A stretch of 64,000 nt of DNA, from assembly GCF_000026545.1 (NCBI RefSeq), contig NC_011601.1. One strand, written 5' to 3'. Shown in pieces: positions 55,214-64,000 of this stretch. The notes under the pieces were generated by a model that did not search any database, was not told the DNA's origin, and saw only the letters and a list, made by a program, of their open reading frames with translations. The DNA is from Escherichia coli O127:H6 str. E2348/69. Lineage in GTDB: Bacteria > Pseudomonadota > Gammaproteobacteria > Enterobacterales > Enterobacteriaceae. Position 1 is the stretch's first letter, and the number at the start of each line of letters is the position of its first letter. Both the position numbers and the translations under genes were made by a program.

Positions 55214-56419
55214 TTAGTGGCTGTAGGGGCGTTTCAAATTACAGTCACGATTGAGTTCGACGCCGAAACCGGGTTTATCAAGCACTGATTTATGAATACG
55301 ACCATTCACCGGAACCGGCTCATTAAGCAGAATCGGATCAAATTGCGGACGCATCGTTGAACAATCCGGGCTGGTCATCAGGAATTCGCTGAATGGCGTA
55401 TTGGTGAAGGTGATCACCGCATGGTGGGAGTAAACAGACGAACCGTGCGGCACCACCAGTTGCCCCCTGGATTTGGCGATTGCGGCAATTTCCACCAGCG
55501 TGGTTAAGCCACCGCACCAGCCAACATCCGGCTGCATGATGTCGATACCGGTTTCTGAAAGCGTACGAAAAGATTGCAGTGTGCCGTGGTGCTCACCACT
55601 GGTGACCATCATCCCCGCTGGCGCGTTGCGTTTCAGTTCGCGATAACCTTCATACTGCTGTGGCGGCAGGCACTCTTCGATCCATTTCAGGTTATAGGGC
55701 GCGCAAGCGTGGGCCAGTTTGGTGGCATAGTTCACGTCCTGACTCATCCAGCAGTCGAGCATTAACCAGAAATCCTCACCGCATTTTTCACGCATATCCG
55801 CGACCATAGCGGCATCTTTGTGGATCCCTGCATCGCCATCATGTGGCCCCCAGTGCGTCGGCATTTTGCCACCGATAAAGCCCATCTCTTTTGCCAGATC
55901 CGGACGCGCATCTGTGGCGTAGAACTGAATCTCATCACGAACTGCGCCGCCTAAAAGTTTATAAACCGGAAGCCCGACCACTTTGCCGAACAGATCCCAC
56001 AGAGCCAGATCGACACAGGAAATCGTGTTCATCACCAGGCCACCAGAGCCGGAGTAATACAGGGTGGCATTGAGCATTTGATCGTGGATCAGTTTGATAT
56101 CACTGACACATTTACCCTCAATGAAACGGTTAAGGTGTTTTTCGACGATAAAACAGCCCATTTCACCGGCTGTCGAAACAGCGAATCCGGTCTGGCCGTT
56201 TTCTGCTTCAACTTCAACAATCAACGTGCCAAGAACGTTAATGCCAAATGACTGGCGGGACTGCTCGTATTCGCGGTATTTACTCATCGGGGTGGCAATA
56301 TGATCATCAATCCAGTGATTCGCCCCCTGGTCGTGATAATCACCGCCGCCAGCGCCTTTTTCTGCTGTCGCACCGCCAGTAAACCAGGCGCGAACCTGTT
56401 TGATTTTTGGTAGGGTCAT
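55214..56419 (-). CDS. rhmD: L-rhamnonate dehydratase (enolase superfamily)
   Basis: ATG at 56417-56419 gives 401 aa [16 protein letters not shown]... Confidence 0.88.
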   Translation of the reverse strand: MTLPKIKQVRAWFTGGATAEKGAGGGDYHDQGANHWIDDHIATPMSKYREYEQSRQSFGINVLGTLIVEVEAENGQTGFAVSTAGEMGCFIVEKHLNRFIEGKCVSDIKLIHDQMLNATLYYSGSGGLVMNTISCVDLALWDLFGKVVGLPVYKLLGGAVRDEIQFYATDARPDLAKEMGFIGGKMPTHWGPHDGDAGIHKDAAMVADMREKCGEDFWLMLDCWMSQDVNYATKLAHACAPYNLKWIEECLPPQQYEGYRELKRNAPAGMMVTSGEHHGTLQSFRTLSETGIDIMQPDVGWCGGLTTLVEIAAIAKSRGQLVVPHGSSVYSHHAVITFTNTPFSEFLMTSPDCSTMRPQFDPILLNEPVPVNGRIHKSVLDKPGFGVELNRDCNLKRPYSH

Positions 56420-56433
56420 GATGTTCTCCATTG

Positions 56434-57216
56434 TTATGAGGCCTGTAAGTCAAAGGGACTTTTCCATCCCAACAAACGTGAAATATCCCTGGCGCAGGCA
56501 ATGGCCTTGCCCGCCAGATAATCACGGTATTCTTCATTGATTTGTAAGCGGGTACCGACCACCGAAATCGCAGCGGTAAGCTCGTTATTGGCGTTAAACA
56601 CCGGCGCAGCGACACAACGGACATCGGCGTAATCTTCGCCGTTGTCATAGCTCCAGCCCCGGCGGCGAATACGCGCCAGTTCTTCGTAGAGCCGTTGTGG
56701 ATGAGTAATCGTTGTGGGTGTCGCCCGTTCCCAGACCAGCCCTTCGATAATACTTTGCTGTACAGCTGCAGGTTGCCAGGCAAGCAGGCATTTACCTATT
56801 CCGGAGCGATAAAGCGAAAGGCTTTTTCCTTCATGGGAACGCACGCTGATAGTGGCTGATGACTCCACTTTCAAAATGTAATAAGCGCTGCCGTTATCAA
56901 TAATCCCCAGGTGACATAACAGCCCGGTGGTATCCATCAGTTGCGTCAAACGCGGTCGAGCCAGTTCCCGGAGATCCATCTTGCTTAACGCATGACCGGA
57001 AAGCTCCACCAGCCTGGTCCACAAACAAAAATTTTCCTGGTGATCAAGGCTAAGAAAACGCTGACGCCTGAGTTCATTAAGCAGCAAATAGGCTGTGCTT
57101 TTAGGGATCCCCAATGTGTCAATGATCGTCGCAGCACTACAGGGGCCAATGCGGGCAATCAAATTGAGAATATCAATAGCCCGTGTCAGGGCGGGAACTT
57201 TGCTTGATTCCAACAT
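56434..57216 (-). CDS. rhmR: IclR-family transcriptional regulator of the rhm operon
   Basis: 260 aa ORF; N-terminal HTH ([22 protein letters not shown]) and IclR effector domain. Confidence 0.88.
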   Translation of the reverse strand: MLESSKVPALTRAIDILNLIARIGPCSAATIIDTLGIPKSTAYLLLNELRRQRFLSLDHQENFCLWTRLVELSGHALSKMDLRELARPRLTQLMDTTGLLCHLGIIDNGSAYYILKVESSATISVRSHEGKSLSLYRSGIGKCLLAWQPAAVQQSIIEGLVWERATPTTITHPQRLYEELARIRRRGWSYDNGEDYADVRCVAAPVFNANNELTAAISVVGTRLQINEEYRDYLAGKAIACARDISRLLGWKSPFDLQAS

Positions 57217-57435
57217 ACTGGACTCCAGTCTTAGATACTGGAATCAGTCTCGTTGCTCAGGGGGAGTAAAATTGTGAAGCGCATCAAATCCCGCTCCTCG
57301 TCCAGCGGACTGGAGAAATCACGCACAAATTTGTGAATCAGCGCACGGATTTTTTCTTATTGAGTACAACAGGTTGGACAAATTTTGCCGGAGGGGGAAT
57401 GTGCCGGTGCAGTAAACCGGCACAGAGTGGCGGAA

Positions 57436-58638
57436 TCAGACGGATAAGGTCATGGACTCAACAACCTCAATCCAGCCATGCTCGCTGGCGATGTCCTGGC
57501 CGTTTAACCAACGGCGTAGCATATTAAGCGCCATCATTGCGCAGACTTCCTGGCGAATAGCCAGACTGTAGCGCGTAGTGCTGAAACGCACACGCAAAGC
57601 GAAAGTGCCGTCTGGCGTGGCTAGTGCAAAGTTGAGATGCTCATCTTCCAGACCAGAAACAGCCAGTGCCAACCCAGCAAAATGGTTCGCCCGCCGTTCT
57701 GTAATCCAGTGCGCAGTTTGCGCCAGGGTTTCCTGCTGTGAAGGAACCACTTCACACGCCAGCAATGGAGCATCTGCGCGAGAAAGTTGCAAAGCCAATA
57801 AACCACCGGTGAATTGCTCGCTCAGCGTCAGGCTGAACTGGCGGCTCTGCAATTCGCGACTGATCTGCGCGGGCAGTCCTTCGGTGCCTTCGAAAATCAC
57901 GCTCTGTCCGGCAACACGTTTAACGTCCAGCCACAGTTTTTCCATCGCCTGTTCCTCGCTTGCCGGTCCGGTGAGTTTCAGTTCGATAATCGGCATTGAG
58001 GAGCGATAGCCCATTGTTACGCCCGGCGGCAGTTGTAGAGTGTCCAGGCTTTGTGCCAGATCGCTTTCCGAACGACCAAAGGTAGTCAAACGCAGGCAAA
58101 CCGGCGGCAGTGGTAAAGAAAAACGCTCGCGCAGGCGCGGCAGGATTTCGTGCTCGACCATCACCTTAAATTCTGACGGTACGCCGGGGGTAAAGAACAT
58201 CAGGCAACGATTAAGCTGTATGGCAAAACCACAGGCAGTGCCTACCGGGTTATTGATAAATTCAGCACTGGCAGGCAGCTCCGCTTGTTTACGGTTGCTC
58301 GGTGCCATTACTCGTCCCCGTTCGTGGAAATAGCGTTCCATCTCTTTGAGCCAGGCTTCATGCAGCACCAGGCCTTCACCTTTTGCTGTCGCAGCGGCGA
58401 GTGCGCTTAAATCATCACTGGTCGGTCCCAGCCCGCCGTTAACGATCAGCACATCGGCGTGCTGACTACGTTCGCGAAGAATGGTGACTAAGTCATCAAG
58501 GTTATCCCCCACCGTATTGCGGCGAGATAATGGCAGCCCCTGATGAAAGAAAAAATCGGCCAGCCAGGCAGCGTTAGTGTCAACGATTTGCCCGTGTAAC
58601 ACTTCATCCCCGGTGGATAACATTTCCACTTTTAACAT
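57436..58638 (-). CDS. yfaY: CinA-like (competence/damage-inducible) molybdopterin-binding domain protein
   Basis: 400 aa ORF; MLKVEMLSTGDEVLHGQIVDTNAAWLA CinA-type N-terminus; strong SD AGGAGATAA. Confidence 0.88.
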   Translation of the reverse strand: MLKVEMLSTGDEVLHGQIVDTNAAWLADFFFHQGLPLSRRNTVGDNLDDLVTILRERSQHADVLIVNGGLGPTSDDLSALAAATAKGEGLVLHEAWLKEMERYFHERGRVMAPSNRKQAELPASAEFINNPVGTACGFAIQLNRCLMFFTPGVPSEFKVMVEHEILPRLRERFSLPLPPVCLRLTTFGRSESDLAQSLDTLQLPPGVTMGYRSSMPIIELKLTGPASEEQAMEKLWLDVKRVAGQSVIFEGTEGLPAQISRELQSRQFSLTLSEQFTGGLLALQLSRADAPLLACEVVPSQQETLAQTAHWITERRANHFAGLALAVSGLEDEHLNFALATPDGTFALRVRFSTTRYSLAIRQEVCAMMALNMLRRWLNGQDIASEHGWIEVVESMTLSV

Positions 58639-58737
58639 GGTTATCTCCTGCTTTTGTTATCGAATCACTATAACGCAAAGGGAGACAGGGCGTAGTAAGA
58701 AACTGAATGGCGCGACAGAACGCCGCGCCGGAAGGCG

Positions 58738-59280
58738 TCAGAAGCTGGCATTTACCCCAACATACGGACCATCAGCAATGGCGTTATCACGATTGCCATT
58801 TTTACCTGCCAGGTTCAGGTAACGGTAGCCAGCCTCAATGCTGACTGGACGCATAATGGTGTAACGCGCGCCAGCATTCGCTTCTTCATAACTTTTAATT
58901 CCGCTGGAGAGCGAATCCGGAGAGTAGTAATACTCACCAAACAAGCGGAAGCTGTCACCAATTTGCCACTGCAAACCACCGCCAACTGCCGCTGCATAAC
59001 CTTCATCACCATCGTTCGGGTTAGTGTAAACGCCTTTACCACCAACGGTCGCCATTAATGGCCCGAGAGGCAGATTCAAACCGAGTCCCACACCCGCGGC
59101 ATCACCGTCGTCGTCGTTATGTGTCCAGTTACCGCTTAACGCCAGGCCCGTCGATTCAGTCCCAAAACCGACACCAATATTGGTGTATTCTTTACCCGCC
59201 TGGCCGCTGATGCTCATTGCATTGACCGATGCAGAAAACAACAGCATTCCGGCCAGACCTGCTAGCGCAATTTTTTTCAT
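58738..59280 (-). CDS. yfaZ: small outer-membrane beta-barrel protein YfaZ
   Basis: ATG at 59278-59280 gives 180 aa with signal peptide MKKIALAGLAGMLLFSASVNA; C-terminal F. Confidence 0.85.
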   Translation of the reverse strand: MKKIALAGLAGMLLFSASVNAMSISGQAGKEYTNIGVGFGTESTGLALSGNWTHNDDDGDAAGVGLGLNLPLGPLMATVGGKGVYTNPNDGDEGYAAAVGGGLQWQIGDSFRLFGEYYYSPDSLSSGIKSYEEANAGARYTIMRPVSIEAGYRYLNLAGKNGNRDNAIADGPYVGVNASF

Positions 59281-59558
59281 TATCCCCTTTCCCACAAGCA
59301 ATTAATCAAAATTCCCAAAGCTGCGGGATTGTACAGCCTGGCGCAGAGGATTCAATGAGCGAAAAAAGGGATCTAGTCACTTATTGTAACTAAATACTTC
59401 TTAAATAATTAAACGCCGAAAAAATAAACACACTTTATCGATACACACAAAAATAATAATAAATATAGTTATCATCGCAAAAGAGATTACTGTCACTTTC
59501 ACATATTTCTGAGTTACCGTATTCTCATGGTTTCTTTTTATTTATAAGGAATACCCCT

Positions 59559-59984
59559 GTGCGACAACGGACTATTGTATGCCCTTTGATTCAAAATGAT
59601 GGTGCTTATTTGCTGTGTAAAATGGCCGACGATCGCGGCGTTTTCCCCGGTCAATGGGCGCTTTCGGGTGGCGGCGTGGAGCCTGGCGAACGAATTGAAG
59701 AGGCACTACGCCGCGAAATTCGCGAAGAGCTGGGAGAACAGCTGCTTTTGACAGAAATCACGCCGTGGACCTTCAGCGATGATATTCGCACCAAGACGTA
59801 TGCAGATGGTCGCAAAGAAGAGATTTATATGATTTACCTGATTTTTGACTGCGTTTCTGCCAACCGAGAAGTGAAAATAAACGAAGAGTTTCAGGACTAC
59901 GCGTGGGTAAAACCTGAAGATCTGGTGCATTATGATTTGAATGTTGCCACCCGAAAAACGTTACGTTTGAAAGGTCTTCTTTAA
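59559..59984 (+). CDS. nudI: Nudix hydrolase (nucleoside triphosphatase) NudI
   Basis: 141 aa ORF, GTG start with upstream AAGGA; Nudix box [24 protein letters not shown]. Confidence 0.88.
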   Translation: MRQRTIVCPLIQNDGAYLLCKMADDRGVFPGQWALSGGGVEPGERIEEALRREIREELGEQLLLTEITPWTFSDDIRTKTYADGRKEEIYMIYLIFDCVSANREVKINEEFQDYAWVKPEDLVHYDLNVATRKTLRLKGLL

Positions 59985-60022
59985 CAATGATGACAGCCAT
60001 CACTGGCTGTCAGATTGAAAAT

Positions 60023-60625
60023 TTAGTGGTTAACGAATTCCCCATCCAGATAAACTTTGCCTTTTTCCACATGCATGACTAAACCATCCAGATAATCAGG
60101 TTTAAATGTCGCATCACGCTTATCTTTAGCAATATATGTCAGGCAATGATTATGGGTAAAAATAACGATATTTTTATCAGGTGCTTTGCGTTGTAAGTCT
60201 TTAATTGCACTATAAATCTCATTACCGCATTGAAGAAATCGTTTATCTACCGTCAGCTTTTTACCCGCCGAAAACCAGGTCGCCGACTGAATAGTCCGGA
60301 CGGTATTACTGGAATAGAGATCGAAATCAGGGATATCAGCACTAAAAGCGTTGCCCAGTTCTCGGGCATCCTGGGTACCTTTGACCGTAATACCTGTTTT
60401 ATCTGACAAGCATTGATTGGTTGAACGATCGCAACGTTCAGCATGGCGAAACAAAACGACAACCGGGTGCTGCTGTGCCAGTCTGGCCAGTGTTTTATTG
60501 TCGATGCGTGGCAAACCATTGCTACTCCAGGCGGCATGAGTACCCAGTCCGGCAATTGCAGCGAGCGCCAGTAAAATGATGAAATATTTTTTTGACTTCA
60601 ACGAAGATCGGCAAAAAGCTAACAC
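60023..60625 (-). CDS. ais: PmrA-regulated lipopolysaccharide core heptose(II) phosphatase Ais (PmrG)
   Basis: GTG at 60623-60625 gives 200 aa (M)[14 protein letters not shown]...; histidine-phosphatase motif RHAER; the ORF-track TTG start at 60652 adds 9 aa. Confidence 0.82.
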   Translation of the reverse strand: MLAFCRSSLKSKKYFIILLALAAIAGLGTHAAWSSNGLPRIDNKTLARLAQQHPVVVLFRHAERCDRSTNQCLSDKTGITVKGTQDARELGNAFSADIPDFDLYSSNTVRTIQSATWFSAGKKLTVDKRFLQCGNEIYSAIKDLQRKAPDKNIVIFTHNHCLTYIAKDKRDATFKPDYLDGLVMHVEKGKVYLDGEFVNH

Positions 60626-60817
60626 GTAAACTCCACCTATAGACAAGCGCAACCAGACAATTACCGTGAAATTGAGCGACTTTTCTGGCGATAATTAGCA
60701 GTTGGTGTAATATTAAAAATCCTATGATGCCGGCAAAATGCCTCAAAATTTTGCCAAATGCAAAGTCTAAATAAGAAAAAATATAAAAATTTCAATATTT
60801 ACGTCTAATATTAGTTT

Positions 60818-60834
60818 CTTAAGGTTAAGTTAAT
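60818..60834 (+). promoter_or_regulatory. PmrA (BasR) box of the arnB promoter
   Basis: cttaaggttaagttaat = CTTAAG-N5-GTTAAT direct-repeat half-sites, about 80 nt upstream of the arnB start. Confidence 0.7.
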
Positions 60835-60914
60835 ATTCTATCCTTAAAATTTTGCTCCAAATGGCAAAATATACACAACACTCTTTATAGCAAATATAAG
60901 TGGACAGGTATTCA

Positions 60915-62072
60915 ATGACGGATGGAAAAAAAATGTCAGGATTTTTGCCTTTTTCGCGACCAGCAATGGGCGTAGAGGAACTCGCTGCAGTTAAAGAGGT
61001 TCTCGAATCCGGTTGGATCACAACCGGTCCGAAGAATCAGGCGCTTGAACAAGCTTTTTGCCAGTTGACGGGAAATCAGCATGCCATCGCGGTCAGTTCA
61101 GCCACCGCCGGAATGCATATCACGCTAATGGCGTTGGAAATTGGCAAGGGCGATGAAGTGATTACGCCTTCCCTGACCTGGGTTTCAACCCTCAATATGA
61201 TTTCCTTGCTGGGTGCAACGCCGGTAATGGTGGATGTCGACCGCGATACGCTGATGGTCACGCCTGAAGTGATCGAAGCAGCCATTACACCACGCACTAA
61301 AGCCATCATTCCGGTGCATTATGCCGGTGCGCCAGCAGATATTGACGCCATTCGCGCCATTGGCGAACGTTACGGCATCGCAGTTATCGAAGATGCTGCC
61401 CATGCCGTCGGTACGTATTACAAAGGGCGACATATTGGCGCAAAAGGTACTGCTATTTTTTCGTTTCACGCCATCAAAAATATTACCTGTGCGGAAGGTG
61501 GCCTGATTGTTACTGATAATGAAAATCTTGCCCGCCAGCTGCGGATGCTGAAATTTCACGGTCTGGGTGTCGATGCCTATGACAGACATACCTGGGGCCG
61601 TGCACCGCAGGCTGAAGTCTTAACGCCGGGCTATAAGTACAATCTGACCGATATTAACGCCGCGATTGCCCTGACACAGTTAGTCAAATTAGAGCACCTC
61701 AACACCCGTCGGCGCGAAATTGCCCAGCAATATCAGCAAGCACTGGCAGCTCTCCCCTTTCAGCCATTAAGCCTTCCCGCCTGGCCGCACGTTCACGCCT
61801 GGCATCTGTTTATTATTCGTGTCGATGAACAACGTTGTGGTATCAGTCGCGATGCGTTGATGGAAGCGTTAAAAGAAATAGGCATTGGTACCGGGTTACA
61901 TTTCCGCGCCGCTCACACACAAAAATATTATCGCGAGCGTTTTCCCACGCTGTCGTTACCGAATACCGAATGGAATAGTGAACGCATCTGTTCGTTGCCG
62001 CTGTTCCCGGATATGACCACCGCCGATGCCGACCGCGTCATCACAGCCCTTCAGCAACTCGCAGGACAATAA
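60915..62072 (+). CDS. arnB: UDP-4-amino-4-deoxy-L-arabinose--oxoglutarate aminotransferase
   Basis: DegT/ArnB aminotransferase ORF; ATG at 60915 (385 aa) chosen, alternatives GTG 60900 and ATG 60933; PLP lysine region [10 protein letters not shown]. Confidence 0.88.
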   Translation: MTDGKKMSGFLPFSRPAMGVEELAAVKEVLESGWITTGPKNQALEQAFCQLTGNQHAIAVSSATAGMHITLMALEIGKGDEVITPSLTWVSTLNMISLLGATPVMVDVDRDTLMVTPEVIEAAITPRTKAIIPVHYAGAPADIDAIRAIGERYGIAVIEDAAHAVGTYYKGRHIGAKGTAIFSFHAIKNITCAEGGLIVTDNENLARQLRMLKFHGLGVDAYDRHTWGRAPQAEVLTPGYKYNLTDINAAIALTQLVKLEHLNTRRREIAQQYQQALAALPFQPLSLPAWPHVHAWHLFIIRVDEQRCGISRDALMEALKEIGIGTGLHFRAAHTQKYYRERFPTLSLPNTEWNSERICSLPLFPDMTTADADRVITALQQLAGQ

Positions 62073-63043
<971 letters not shown>

Positions 63044-63044
<1 letters not shown>

Positions 63045-64000
63045 TGAAAACCGTCGTTTTTGCCTACCACGATATGGGATGCCTCGGTATTGAAGCCCTG
63101 CTGGCTGCCGGTTACGAAATTAGCGCCATTTTTACCCATACTGATAATCCCGGTGAAAAAGCCTTTTATGGTTCGGTTGCCCGACTGGCAGCGGAAAGAG
63201 GCATTCCAGTTTATGCGCCGGATAACGTTAATCATCCGCTGTGGGTGGAACGCATTGCCCAACTATCACCAGAGGTGATTTTCTCTTTTTATTATCGCCA
63301 TCTTATTTGCGATGAGATTTTGCAGCTCGCTCCGAGAGGTGCATTTAATCTGCATGGTTCGCTGTTACCAAAATATCGTGGTCGCGCGCCGCTGAACTGG
63401 GTGCTGGTGAACGGTGAAACGGAAACTGGCGTTACATTGCACCGAATGGTGAAACGTGCCGATGCCGGGGCCATTGTGGCACAACTGCGCGTTGCCATTG
63501 CGCCAGACGATATCGCCATTACGCTGCATCATAAATTGTGCCATGCCGCGCGCCAGCTACTGGAACAGACATTACCCGCCATTAAACACGGTAATATTCT
63601 GGAAATCGCCCAGCGCGAAAACGAAGCCACCTGTTTTGGTCGCAGAACGCCGGATGACAGTTTCCTCGAATGGCATAAGCCGGCATCCGTACTGCACAAC
63701 ATGGTGCGTGCCGTTGCCGATCCGTGGCCGGGTGCCTTCAGCTATGTTGGCAATCAGAAATTCACCGTCTGGTCGTCGCGTGTTCATCCTCATGCCAGCA
63801 AAGCACAGCCGGGGAGCGTGATTTCTGTTGCACCACTGCTGATTGCCTGTGGCGATGGCGCGCTGGAAATCGTCACTGGACAGACGGGCGACGGCATTAC
63901 TATGCAGGGCTCGCAATTAGCGCAGACGCTGGGCCTGGTGCAAGGTTCACGCTTGAATAGCCAGCCTGCCTGTGCCGCCCGACGCCGTACCCGGGTACTC
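63044..64000 (+). CDS. arnA: bifunctional UDP-glucuronate decarboxylase / UDP-Ara4N formyltransferase, 5' fragment cut by window end
   Basis: ATG at 63044; [39 protein letters not shown]... formyltransferase domain; open to the window end. Confidence 0.9.

Overview
This window reads as a contiguous, syntenic Escherichia coli-type chromosomal segment: eco' - mqo - yojI - alkB/ada - apbE - ompC/micF - rcsD-rcsB/rcsC - atoSC/atoDAEB - yfaP-Q-S-T-A - gyrA - ubiG - yfaL - nrdAB-yfaE - inaA - glpQT/glpACB - yfaD(rpnE)/ypaA - rhmR-D-T-A (yfaXWVU) - yfaY - yfaZ - nudI - ais - arnB-arnC-arnA'. It carries about 50 protein genes, one sRNA (micF), several REP/BIME clusters and recognisable operators (Ada box, OmpR sites, AtoC palindrome with sigma54 promoter, DnaA/NrdR boxes, PmrA box). 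I see no prophage, IS element, integron or CRISPR array. The strain does not look like K-12: ompC is a divergent allele and yfaS is intact. The two most interesting loci are (1) the intact five-gene alpha-2-macroglobulin-like operon yfaA-yfaT-yfaS-yfaQ-yfaP, with an apparent homopolymer frameshift at the yfaA 5' end, and (2) yfaD/rpnE, which has a strong internal SD+ATG for a small C-terminal protein that is tandemly duplicated as ypaA. All calls come from reading the sequence and the supplied ORF track (which uses ATG/GTG/TTG longest-ORF starts, so several starts were re-picked) plus memory of the E. coli map; no database search or computation was run.
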